Below, one piece after another: positions 1 to 17,331 of a DNA stretch of 64,000 nucleotides. The first letter of the stretch is position 1, and the number at the start of each line of letters is the position of its first letter. The notes under the pieces were generated by a model that ran no database searches, was not told the DNA's origin, and saw nothing but the letters and a program-made list of their open reading frames with translations. This DNA is from Mytilus edulis. Lineage: Eukaryota. The DNA is taken from assembly GCF_963676685.1 (NCBI RefSeq), contig NC_092346.1, forward strand, positions 66,588,001 through 66,652,000, in the 5' to 3' direction. The position numbers and the translations under genes are program-made.

Positions 1-420
1 TTTACAAACAATACACGGAACATGCTTATTGTTACTTTTAAAATCGAATGCATATTTACAACAGTTATGAGAGGTGTTTTCGTTAAAGTCATACACAAGA
101 AGTGGCACTGATATATCATTTTAAATTAAATGATATTTCGTCAAAATTACATAAACCATCCCTCCTACAACAGAATAGGTAGAAAAAACACTTATATATA
201 TAACGTTTGCGCTTTTAAAAAACATCAGGACAACCAACCCTATTTCAATAGATTGTGCGTTCATAAAAATGTATTTAGTTTGTCAATACATTCCCACCCT
301 TGCATTATTTACTTTCTAGTATATTTGTCAACATTTGCATAGTATTAATCAAATGTAGTGATTCTAAAGTCAACACGTTGTTTCCATTCATAAAAGTCTT
401 CTAGCCATGCATTGCGGAAT

Positions 421-899
421 TGAAACAATATATGCTCACCTTCTACTTGCACAGGGGTAAGGCCGTATGTCGATGACTATTGAAACAATATATGCTCACC
501 TTCTACTTGCACAGGGGTAAGGCCGTATGTCGATGACTATTGAAACAACATATGCTCACCTTCTACTTGCACAGGGGTAAGGCCGTATGTCGAGGACTAT
601 TGAAACAATATATGCTCACCTTCTACTTGTACAGGGGTAAGGCCGTATGTCGAGGACTATTGAAACAATATATGCTCACCTTCTACTTGCACAGGGGTAA
701 GGCCGTATGTCGATGACTATTGAAACAACATATGCTCACCTTCTACTTGCACAGGGGTAAGGCCGTATGTCGAGGACTATTGAAACAATATATGCTCACC
801 TTCTACTTGTACAGGGGTAAGGCCGTATGTCGAGGACTATTGAAACAATATATGCTCACCTTCTACTTGCACAGGGGTAAGGCCGTATGTCGAGGACTA
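421..899. repeat. 60-bp tandem repeat x8 (exon-containing minisatellite)
   Basis: Eight near-identical 60-nt units starting at 421, 481, ... 841. Only three variable positions (unit offsets 9, 30, 54); 481-660 is identical to 661-840. Confidence 0.98.
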
Positions 900-2586
900 C
901 AAAAGACAAAATACAAGATAGGAATATGAAAAACATGTATTCTTAAGCAGAAACTACACGTATGCGAAAGACATAAGCAGAAATTTCAACAATTGTTACA
1001 CATTATTATTTAAATGATTAGAAAACAATGGTTAAAATAACGGCAAATTGTAATAAAAATATTTTAAAGTCAAATTATCAAACAGGAACGTTCGAACACA
1101 GCAAACTGTGATATGAATGAAACAATCTTTCAGATACACAAGCAAAAGCATTTATTTTTTAAACTCAAGGAGGTTTCACAGTATGACATTTAAAGAACAT
1201 GGATATGGTTGAAACTTTCAAATACAAATTGAATAAAAATCAAAAATGTACTGTTCATGTCAATATTAATATATGTGCATCCATTACAAGAAGCTGAAAA
1301 CGCACGTGTTTAAATCCGATCCAATACTGAGTATAGAGCATGTAGGTTTCATGAGGATACAAATTTCAAACACATACAGTGTATAAACAGAACAGCCTCA
1401 TTAATACGTGTGCACCAATTACCAATACATAACACAAAATATGCAATAATTTCAACAAAGCAAACATATTATACAAAACATATATACAATGATTGCAGCA
1501 AAGGTTCTCAAAGATGTGAATGGTAACTTCAAGGATAAAAAATATAGAAAGTAAAGTCAGAAGAAGTCACCAGACTGACAGAATATAACATGATGGTAGG
1601 GATTCCAGACCCGGTGTAAGCATTGATATAGAAAACATGAATTATTTTACACCAGTTGGTTGGACCAAACCTGTCGCTTTTGTGAAAATCATCCTGGATA
1701 CTTTGTCTTTTTCTGTTTGAACGTTCATAGAAAATACAATTCAGACAAAATAAATAGATGAAAAATGTAATCTGTGAATAAAATTAACATTGAATAAATT
1801 AGTGTTCGTCCGAAACGCTTTTTTTGACAGAAATCGAGCAGACCAGACTTATAGAACACTCGTCAATATGCTATTGCACGTTATTTAGTAGATCACTTGA
1901 TTATCAGCAGTCATCGGAGGTCATCTCGATGGCTCTTTACATGGCTTTAAATATTTAATATTGTATCAATAACTTAGGTTTAAAAATATGTTTTATTATA
2001 TATACTAGTATTCATAATCCATCTGTACCAGTACGTTACTAAATAAATAGGATGTGTGTTAGAATCTATACATGACAGACTAATGCTTTCATTCGAACAG
2101 TATACACTATACATAGTTATTAATTTAATAATGCTCATGACATTTAATAAGACTACGTATTTATTAGTAATGCAAATCAATGTCACATAGCAAACAAAGT
2201 GAAGTGCCAAAACATTAAATGCATTGAATATTTTATTGAATAGAATTAAATTAGAATGGTAATCCTCAACAACAATTCGCAAGTATATATAAACCTAATT
2301 TTACTTTGTATAACATTGTAAATAAACTTCGTACATTTAACAATAATGGAAAATATGTGATCAATTGAGTTTTATTGAATTTCAAAAAGGCTTTTTATAA
2401 CAATACAATAAAGATCAATCTACCGCTTGAAACTATACACACTTAATAAATATATTTATGGAGTTAAGTGTATGTATAAATTGAAAACACAACTATTTAT
2501 CAAAGTCAAAAACATACATTGTAGGGAGAATTATTCTTAAATGTGAAAAACATTTTTTCAGTAAATTAGAAAAGTGCGCTTACCAT
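440..2586 (-). CDS. 5' part of a probable calmodulin-like gene (gene F). ATG-only exon 2584-2586; exon 2 (37 nt, SSTYGLTPVQVE+G) present in 8 tandem copies; remaining exons lie left of the window
   Basis: Minus strand reads gaaaATG|gtaagc at 2584-2586. Strong acceptor ttttgtcttttgtag precedes exon 896-860 TCC TCG ACA TAC GGC CTT ACC CCT GTG CAA GTA GAA G|gtgagc. The phase-0/phase-1 structure matches exon 2 of the five neighbouring genes, and M-SSTYGLTPVQVE aligns with [11 protein letters not shown]. No EF-hand exon is visible in the window, so family assignment is inferred. Confidence 0.72.
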
Positions 2587-3169
2587 TTTCAGGATGTTAC
2601 GTTTACTTTCGTTCTAAACCCGGATGTTCTTACGGAGCGCCATCTACAGTCGAAAAAAAAACATAATTCAAAGCAGTACTTGAACGCAGTGTGTGTCGCT
2701 ATTTGTAAGCGGTGTTGACATTTAGTTGTTTTGGGGTATTATTAAAAGATTAAAACAGGAACAAAACTTTATAGATCCGATTTCATGTACTGATAATTAC
2801 ATTCGGATATTTTTTTTGTTCAGCTGTGATACTTAGCATTTAAAGCTAAGTATGGATTGTATTATTCTAGATCACGCTAGCCCACTGAAGTATTACGTTT
2901 GTTTTAATATTAATGTTTTAAAACATCAAGGTTATATGTCTTTAAATGGCATATGACGTGAATTTCAATGTATAATTAATTCCACTGTCCGATATCTTTG
3001 TGCTCTTGTTAAATTGATAATTGAGTTTTCTCAATATAAGGAGGGCTAGTTTGTAGTCTAAAAATAAACATCGTTAAACACTATACAGCACATGTTTGAA
3101 TGCTCTAATATTACGTTGCCTGGATATACAAGTAGTGTTCAATAAAAACACACAATTACGCAAGCTAAA

Positions 3170-3270
3170 TGCAAAATCATGTCTATATACAATGATTAAC
3201 GGACGCCATCACGAGTTGGCTGACTGTTGTGGAATATCTGTGTCACATAGAAGACGAATATGTTCCAATA
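3170..3270 (+). mobile_element. Decayed fragment of a Penelope-like RT C-terminus
   Basis: Translation NGRHHELADCCGISVSH matches YGRHHEFVDRYGITVSQ of the element at 63686-63958. Confidence 0.6.
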
Positions 3271-4182
3271 ACAAAAGTTTGGTCCTCTTTTCCTTGCAAG
3301 TAAAATCAATAAATGAGACTTTTCGCAAAATTTCCATCACAACCATCAACGTCAGTTCCACAGTTGTCTTTAAAATTTCATTTATGAGATTTAATTGTCC
3401 TTTGATACTTTCAGTCTCATTTTTCTGTAAAATTATACTACAAAACTAAATGCCAATCACTAATTATAAAGCAGTTGATAAATTGATACATTGCAAGGTA
3501 TTAAATAAATGGAAGTGTTTTAAACATAGGCCATCAAAGATTTGCCATATTCGCAATTTTTTCAAAATGATAAAAAAAAAACAAAAAAAAACATGATAAA
3601 CTTGAGACAATAACTGATGAGTTTCCTTACTTGTGAAGAAAAACTACTTTTAGTCAACCTTTCCATTACTATTGCCATTGAGGTCGTCCGTTCTCCTTAA
3701 CAGTTTTACGTTTCTATCTTATTCTCTGAAACACCCGCATAAATAATTGCTTCTTAACTAGAATAACTTTATAATAACTGTCATATTATATGCTTCTGAT
3801 TGGACAAGAATCATAGTCACAAGTTTGATTTGCCATTTGAAAAAAAACACGTACATAGTTTATACTACAGAAACCATGACAGAATTTAACTAAACTTGAC
3901 CAGCTTTATTTAAGTACTAATGGTTCTCTACAAACTGATCTCATTCGGTAATAACGGATGCAAATTGTGGCTTTTGGGTGCATTCTTAGGTTATGATTAA
4001 ATAATTTGACGGTAAGCAATACAGGCTCCATAAGTCCTCCAGTCTATCACACTCAATGCACTAGAAAAAATACATGTACACGTAAATATACTAGACAATT
4101 ATTATACAGCATACAAAAAGCCTACGATTTTGTTACTTGTTTTTCTGCTTTATATCGATCTGAGCTAAGCACTTTTCAACTG

Positions 4183-4509
4183 ATAGATATAGGAAGATGT
4201 GGTGTGAGTGCCAATGAGACAACTCTCCATACAAATAACAATTTAAAAAGTAAACCATTATAGGTTAAAGTACGGCCTTCAGCACGGAGCCTTGGCTCAC
4301 ACCGAACAACAAGCTATAAAGGGCCCCAAAATTACTAGTGTAAAACCATTCAAACGGGAAAACCAACGGTCTAATCTATATAAACAAAACGAGAAACGAG
4401 AAACACGTATATATTACATAAACAAACGACAACTACTGTACATCAGATTCCTGACTTAGGACAGGTGCAAACATTTGCAGCGGGATTAAACGTTTTAATG
4501 GATCCAAAC
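4183..4509 (-). mobile_element. SINE-like interspersed repeat (young copy; central CCTGTCCTAAGTCAGGA motif, tentatively Nin-domain type)
   Basis: Near-identical reverse complement of 9751-10077; further copies at 26612-26695, 34445-34626 and 62998-63385. The family name is from recall and has not been verified. Confidence 0.8.
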
Positions 4510-4559
4510 TGATAGTTTATTCATATGCTGTGCTGTTACCTCTGTCCAAGGGTATGGGA

Positions 4560-4830
4560 GGATTGGGCGCGAACAAACATGTTTAACCCAGCCGCATTAA
4601 ATAACTATGAGTTTGTCCCAAGTCAAGAGCCTGTAATTCGGTGCTGTTGTTTGTTGCTTTATGTCGTATTTGGTTTCTTTTGATCAGGCCATTGGTTTTC
4701 TCGTTTGAATCATTTTGGAGCCTTATCTGACTATGCGGTATGGGATTTGTTAATTGTTGAACACCGTACAATGTATGTTGACCTATAGTTTTAACTTCTG
4801 TGTCAGTTGGTCTCTGGGGGAGGTTGTCAT
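4560..4830 (+). mobile_element. Older diverged copy of the same SINE-like superfamily
   Basis: tttaacccagccgca...gtcccaagtcaagagcctgtaattc...ttgttgaa...acctatagtt...ttgtcat; same motif order as 9751-10077. Confidence 0.6.
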
Positions 4831-5432
4831 ATCATTCAGATCAATATGCCTATCGGCTAATAATGTATTATAATGTATATATATATAAAAGTCAAAACAA
4901 CGTCATCTTAAGAAAATATATATTTATATATTATATCGTTACAAAGCCTCCCACAATGAGAAAACCCAAACCATATGTCATCTATTATAAAAGGTTTTGT
5001 ATGTTCTTTTTATTATGTTCGTGTTCGACAACTGAGACAGATTAAACAGGGATATCTTCGGTAATTTATTAGTGTATACCCTCACATGTGCATATGTTAT
5101 TCTGAAGTATTAAATTTGGTAAACGGTCTTGTGTAATATTTTAGTTTATTATCTTCCACTTTAAGTGGAAAGAGTTGCACCTGTAACTGCTGTCTTCTGA
5201 TACCCTTAAATTACTTGAATGAGTAACTCAGCAAAGTTATGATCTTTCAAAGAGACAATTCTCAAAAGCGCAATTATATATATATTTTGTTAACTATACA
5301 GCTCACAGCTGAAGTTAATATACTTTTTGTTGTATTTTCGCCCTTGTACCTGTACCAGCGTCAAATGAAAGGAGCAACATGATTCAACTATCATACACAA
5401 TCTCGAAATATATCGATTTTTATGCTAATTTA

Positions 5433-5656
5433 GGGACGACATCAAAAGTTCAATAAAGGATAAAAAACTTAATTCACATAGTTTTTTCACTGAACCCCAA
5501 TCCCCCTCTTAACTTAATTTGGGAAAAATTGATTGACCCATATAGATATATGTAAAAGTCAATGTCGGATAACCACATCTTGCAGCAGTTCAACCCCCAC
5601 CCCCAAACTATTTGAATTAAGTTTGTTATCCTTCATTGAACTTTTGATGTCGTCCC
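5433..5656. mobile_element. MITE, PIF/Harbinger (Tourist)-like
   Basis: ~55-bp TIRs GGGACGACATCAAAAGTTCAAT...; TTA target-site duplication; second copy at 32203-32428. Confidence 0.88.
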
Positions 5657-6794
5657 TTATCATTTCGATATTATTTATGACAATTCTTTTTTAGATGATT
5701 CAGTGATGGTATTAGATTTTTAATATTGAAAATTTAGGTTTATATTTTAGACAAGACAGAGGCAAAACACTTGTAACTGATATCAAGATGGGACCTAACG
5801 ACTTGAACTACCATATAAACTAATGAGGAGATGTGCTTGTCGATGAGACACCATGTTCTATCCATCAAAGACTATAACGAACTTAAACAGACAAAAAAAC
5901 ATGATAAACACGAAAGCAATCAACAACTAAATAGTATGGCAGACTGCAACTAACGACGACAACTGGATTAAAGGCTCGATTATGTATTCTTACACATTTT
6001 TCGAAGTGTAATTCTGAAATTAAACAGAAATACAACAAAATGTCTATATGCCAAATTACGATTTAAAGCATAATCATTAGAGTGGAGAGTTGTCTCAATG
6101 TCTATCATAACACATCTTCGTTAGTTTTAGATATACTTAGTCTCAACAATATTTATTTGACGGCATCTACCATAAAACACCGTTCCAAAAGTGTAACAAT
6201 TTCCATATAAATGTACTACAGTAGTACGGTCAATTTATTTAGCATGCACATACCAAAGTTAACATAATTAACCTTTCAAAATCTAATTTAAACAAGCCAT
6301 GTTTATACATTTGTTTGTCTTTATGACTATTTTCACTACGGGAATTTTTAGGATGATGGCATTTTTTTTTAATACACTACATTTCATGTAGGCACGTGCA
6401 CTTGTTTTCAATTGACCTCGTCAAAGTCAGTCAAAGTACTAAACATGCCTTTTAAAGCTGACTATGATGTAAGGGCTTTGCTCATTGTTGAAGGCAAGTA
6501 AATCTACCTGTAGTTGTTAATTTCTGTGTCATTTGGTTATTGTAAAGAGTTGTCTCATGGCAATCATACCACGTCTTCTTTTTTATATTGAATCACGTAA
6601 TCCTACACGTGCTTCATACCATGAATTAGTAACCAGGTTAGAATTCAGAATAATGTCTGATTCACGATCTTAACAAAAACATTTAATATAACAGAACAAA
6701 ATCATAATTACACAATATTTAACAATAAATAAATACAATGTACAAATATGGATGGCAAATTTTTAGTCGTTGTTCATGGTGAAAGTTGATATCT

Positions 6795-6800
6795 TTTATT
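6795..6800 (-). terminator. Candidate polyadenylation signal of gene A
   Basis: AATAAA on the minus strand ~87 nt after the stop codon. Confidence 0.5.
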
Positions 6801-6886
6801 CAAAGTAGAAAATCGTCTAAAAATAGAATCTGTACGAAAGCTTTCAGTATGTCTACCGGAAGACTGTAGTTTATTTGGCATTTCTT

Positions 6887-11915
<5,029 letters not shown>

Positions 11916-12262
11916 TTTGGTGACGTTCTGACTGATTGGTGGCTAACAGCGAAGTGGACATAAATCTCTGGTTTTCACCTGTAGATTAAATAAATCCAGT
12001 ATTACCATCAAACGGATTCCAAATTAATAGAGGTACCTTAAAGGATAACATTTTCATGACAGCGTTAGGAAAAGAGGATTACAAAATTTAAAATACTTAA
12101 CTACAACACATTATATAATTTAAATATAAAAATGGTAATTGTATTGTAACATAATACAATACTTTATAAAAATAGGCATACAGATGATTAAACGTGGATT
12201 AGAAAAATTAAAACCACCAAATCCGTATAGGTAACAATCAAATATATTATACATTGTCTTAC

Positions 12263-12322
12263 CTGTTTCGACATGCTGGTGAAAGTATCGAAACTATTAT
12301 ATAACTATATTATATTGATATT
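12263..12322 (-). promoter_or_regulatory. Putative promoter and short first exon of gene A
   Basis: CAG|gtaag donor at 12263/12262; TATATAA at 12297-12303; the ATG exon has its own acceptor (tctacag| at 11979-11980), implying an upstream exon. Confidence 0.5.
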
Positions 12323-12617
12323 GATTTTTTATCAATATAATCGCACATGACAATAATATCTACTCTGATTTGTGATAAACTAATAAGCAATACAAATGAT
12401 TAAAAATATATGACAGGTTTAAATAATATATATTTTCCAAAATCAATTCGAGTTAATATGTATATTTACATGTAACTGAAAATTATTGTCATGAAGAAGT
12501 ATAAAAAGAAATTTCTGAACATAATTTTTCTCTGGTTAATGCATATGTTTAACAGATTATTATATACTAAATACATATAGAGTATGTAATAAACTAGCAG
12601 TTATTAAATAAGTCTTA

Positions 12618-12878
12618 CAGCCGATTTCATTGAGTGTGTAGCCAAAGACAACATTTTTGGTTAGCTTGCTTGCTAGCTGAACCGTGAAGTCATTATTAGG
12701 TTAGGTAAACTACCCTCCCTTAACAATAGACTAGTCCGACAGATAACGAATCTACTAGGACTAGGCTTCTTCGAAAGGAAGGTAGTATACCTTACCTATC
12801 AATGACTTCATGGTTCAGCTAGCAATCAAGCTAATGAAAGATATTTCCCTTTAGATACACACTCAATGAAATCAACTG
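12618..12878. mobile_element. Palindromic (foldback) MITE, Tc1/mariner-like ends
   Basis: CAG...CTG termini flanked by TA; the two halves are imperfect inverted repeats over ~120 bp. Confidence 0.8.
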
Positions 12879-14159
12879 TAATTATCTTAAGACACCCTGT
12901 TCTTACCGATATTAAGCGTATCCTCTTGATAGTACAAATGTAACAGCTTTAGACTAATACATTATTTATCATTCAATTAGTAAAAAAAGTGTCTTTACTT
13001 ATTCGCTAAATCAGAAAAAAACACACAATTGTATGCTGTTATATGTCTTAAGATTTTTCACAGTAGATGAACCTATGGAAAAAAAATAGTCAGTAAATTT
13101 TAATTATAATTACACCTTATGTGAGAATCCGGGGTTTTGATTGGTTAATAGCCAGTGTATTTTTCACCAATTTACTGTTATCAAATGAATATCGTTCATT
13201 AAAGTCAACAAATATATGCATCACTGAAAAGCCAATTATTGTTAAAATGCGTATATGGTGCAGAAAAATTGGTACCGTTTGGCAGCATGAGCTTTGAAAA
13301 GCTCCTGCAACGGACTATAATAATAACATTCATTAAATTTTGTAGCTGAAGAATGACCAAATACACAAACTAAATGCATTACAAATCATTTGAGAAACCT
13401 GAAACAGCACTGATGGTTGTAAAATACAAAGCAAGCTCTAAATAAGAAGCAAATAGCTCAGAAAAGTATAAGTACAAAAAATGTAGCATGTTGCTAAGTT
13501 TACAGTTGGCAGTGTTTTTATGACTGCTGTTATTTGTTAACTTTTTTTTTATTATTTTGGCCATATTGTTGAGTGTTTATTTTCGGTCTAAAGTTTTTAT
13601 TGCCCCATTTGGTATTTTTTCATCTTTTTAAAACCAGGACAGGTATCTAAATAGATACGTACGTACGTTCTTCAGCAATAGACAAGCGCGTGAACATTAT
13701 GTCAAGCTCGACGTTATCGCCCCGAATAAGATGTAACATGGTTTAGTTTTGGTGCTGGGATGAAAATGCGGATATTGTTTTATTTCAAAAAGCTGTTATA
13801 TAATAAGGTAACTATAGAATTTAAGAGAGGCATTCTCGTCGGCCATAGCGCAGATTCCTTGCACGGATTTTGCAATGCTATTGGTCTTTTTTTAGTATAT
13901 TACTCCGGCGACGTTCTTATTGTTTGGTTTTCAGATAATTTGACAAGGGAACGTCACCATCGAAAAATGTATAACTAACGACTTCAGATTAAAAATCCTC
14001 TCTTTTGTCGTAAAATTTGATATCAATTGAGCTTCCTGTTAAAGATATATGGAATCTCCATTGCGAACAAAAATGTTATCTTGTAAAAAATAGTTATCGT
14101 ATCAAAGCATATATAATAAGATCGTTTCGAAGAAAGCTCGCAATGATTAAAAGTATACA

Positions 14160-14346
14160 TTGGAATTTGATGTGACTGTCATACAAGTGAGATATTAAGC
14201 TAGCTTTAAAACCAGGTTAAATCCACTATTTTCTACATAGAAAAGTCAGGAATATGACATTTATCCTTTCGTTTGATGTGTTTGATTAGGGACTTTCCGT
14301 TTTTGAATTTTCCTCGAAATTCTGTATTTTTGTGATTTTACTTTTT
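14160..14346 (+). mobile_element. SINE-like repeat fragment
   Basis: Diverged inverse match to 40893-41115. Confidence 0.65.
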
Positions 14347-16017
14347 AGTCTGGCTGATACGGAAATGAATCGTGTCTTCTAACACTATGTCGGCGACAAT
14401 ACATCAGCCTACAGATTTCCAACATCACAAAGAAAATAACTCAAACATTTGAGCTGCAAATAAGTGAATCGCTCACAATTCCCCTTACCCTTAAAAAATT
14501 AAATTTGAAGGACATGTCTTACAATTAATTGCTTAAAGAATGATTAAACACGAAAAGATGGAAATGAAATTACACTTTTTAATATTTTCTTACAAGTGGA
14601 GTTATTTTCAAATTACGGTTTTATATTTTACCAGTCATTAGGGATGACAACGAATGCATTCTAAAACTCTCATACGAATAAATTGTTTTTGATATGTACT
14701 CCCCCTAAGCAATATTAAATATTTTCCTTTTGTCGTAACACAAAAAGTATTCCATTAACGTTTGTAAGCAAGATTATCGGCGCTGAATAACATTTGTGGT
14801 TGCACTCATAACATTCATAATCATGCGAAAGGGATAACAGTACAGCATTTGATTGTACACAGATCGTTAACCTGTGATATGTATTAAATTGCCTTTTGTA
14901 TTACTCACGTCTTATACCTTAAAAAGGCAACAAAAGAGAAAACAAAATTACCAAATATTTTCCAATTAAAAACTCTTTTTACAATGAAACCTTCATTACT
15001 TCGAATAGTCGAGTACTCGTGAGTATTTAGATATTTAGATAAACTGACGGAAGTAGAAGATTGAATCAGGATGCTGTCGTACAAATTATCATAATTTTGC
15101 TAATATCTTTCGAAAACTAATTATATTGTTCTTATAAGAGGCAAAAACACAAATACAAATGAAAACCAAAAATAAACAGGTTGCAGGTATTCCTTAAGGA
15201 TCCACACAGACTTCATCAGGCTTAGTACTGTTTTGATTTGAATCCCTATATTAGTTTTTATGCCAAACTGAGAAAAGATCCGTCTTAATTCATTTAAAGT
15301 TATATGATGTGAGTTTCTGGTAATTTATACTGTAATGAACATATTGAACCTAAATGCATGTTTGTATATGTCGTGTACATGTGCAACCACAAAAACTTTG
15401 TACAGGTAATTACTTGTACGATGCCAACATACAAGTAATTACTTGTACAATTTCTGCTGAGAAAAAAAAATAAGTGTTCAAATGCTTAAAGACATGGTCA
15501 GGAACTACTCTGATAACACAAACTATTAAATATTAAAAGAAACTAAGCGGCATAACTCGATAAATGTCACACCATCAAAATTCAATATAACCTCCATGGA
15601 ATTGTGGTCAGATTGCAAATGAGTTGATCAATTGGTACTATGCAAATCTTAAATGTAACTTTTACGACGCACAACTTTTAAACCATAAAAAACAATCTGG
15701 ACCTATATTTTATGGTCTATGACATTGTGTTTGAGTTTTGATCCAGAAGTATTTTTATTATCATCGATATCCAAGTTCGAGATTGCTCTGACGTCCAACG
15801 GGTGTTTTGCACGGCACAAGCCTGTGTGACAAAACAGCATACTCTGTACAGTGATCGTTTTCGTTCCGGAACTATTTTCCTTTACTCCACTAGGGAAGAG
15901 TAGTATGCGGATCGGAGTTTGAGCTGCTGGGAAGTTTGTCAAAACAGTTGTTCGACAGCAATCTCGAACTACGATATCCAGAAGACGAATAAACTCATTA
16001 CTTAAAAAGGTAAGTAA

Positions 16018-16935
16018 AGCCTCGGGTACACCTTACCGGATAGCACGAACGGACGCCTAACGGATGAAAGTAAAAGTTGTCCTTTGACAAAATTGTTATC
16101 CGTTGGGAGTACGTTGATGTACTGAACGAATAAAACGAACTTGTAACGGATGCATAACGGACACACACCGGACGAGTAACGCATAAAACGGACACCTAAC
16201 GGAAGCGTACCGGATAAAACGGATGAACAAGATTTACGGAAAAATCAAAGTCGACAATAATAATACATGCAAATCGCATAAATATTCAAAATGTTTCTGT
16301 GTAACTGGTTTTGGTTTGTTCTTCAAAATTCCACCGAAGGGCATTGTCTGGCCTGAATAAGAACTGCTTAATTGTGAAGACTTGCCTATACTCTAAGATC
16401 AATTATGAATTTATGAACCTTAAGAAATCTGATATACCAATAATTGGCATTTCTCGCGCGTAATTTTCAATTGGCATTTATCCCGGCGTTTCAGATCCGT
16501 TCATCATCCGTTTTATCTGCTATACGTACGGTAGAAGTACGTTTCTCATCCGTGCAACATCCGTTTTATCCGTTTAACATCCGGTAGAAGTCCGTTGGTG
16601 AATTTATCTTCCAGACCTCCAACGGATGTATAATGGACACGTAACGGATACAAAACGGAAACGAAACAGACGAGTACCGTATAAAACGGACGCCCAACGG
16701 ACGTTCAACGGACATTTTATCCGTTGGACGTCAGTTCAAAGTTTTGAACATGCTCAAAATTTTCCACCGGACAGAACAGACGTCGAAGGATAAAACGTAC
16801 GCTTGACGGACATGCAACGGATATGGACGGACGTCTAACGGATAAGAACGGACGTCTAACGGACATGAACGGATTGAAAAAAAAGTAATTCGTTAGGCGT
16901 CCGTTCGAGCTATCCGGTAAGGTGTGACCGAGGCT
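16018..16935. mobile_element. Non-autonomous PIF/Harbinger-like DNA element
   Basis: ~48-bp TIRs AGCCTCGG..ACACCTTACCGGATAGC.CGAACGGACGCCTAACG; TAA TSD (16015-17 and 16936-38); interior dense in AACGGA/TCCGTT motifs. Confidence 0.88.
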
Positions 16936-17331
16936 TAATGGACAGAAATCTAGATCGGTAAAAGCCAAAATCTCCAAAAAAAACAATTTCAAACATGTCC
17001 TATATTTTTTTGTCAAAGACATTTATTTTCAAAAGATTTGGTGAAGCAGTACTTTAAATATCATTAAATCCAAAAACCCAATTTGTGGCGGACGAACAGA
17101 CATCGAGCAGACGGGTATAATGAATAAATCAAGCATCCTGCAACGGAAAGTGCTTTATTTCAGAAGTTGTATTGTCTGTTTAACCTTGAATTAATATTCA
17201 GTAAATATATATATATGTCTGCCATGAATTTCATTTTGATTTCAAATGCTATAACCATAGACTTTTCATGCAGTTCAGAACACTTTGCAGCATACATGTT
17301 TGTAAAAATGCATAACACTGTGTTGTAGTAA

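Noticed and set aside
421-899. CRISPR array
   Set aside because: No unique spacers, whole units repeat, eukaryotic context and no cas genes.
720-929. Plus-strand 69-aa repetitive ORF
   Set aside because: Antisense by-product of the 60-bp repeat; the splice signals and synonymous-variant pattern support the minus strand.
3614-3645. CTGATGA...GAAA hammerhead-like motif
   Set aside because: No proper stem II closing pair and no stem I/III pairing.
15703-16010. GC-richer island with a 79-aa minus-strand ORF and a perfect plus-strand donor AAG|gtaagt
   Set aside because: No recognisable protein, stops in the other frames and no partner exon found.
15998-17022. ORFs within the Harbinger-like element
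   Set aside because: Low-complexity translations of AACGGA repeats; no transposase motifs.
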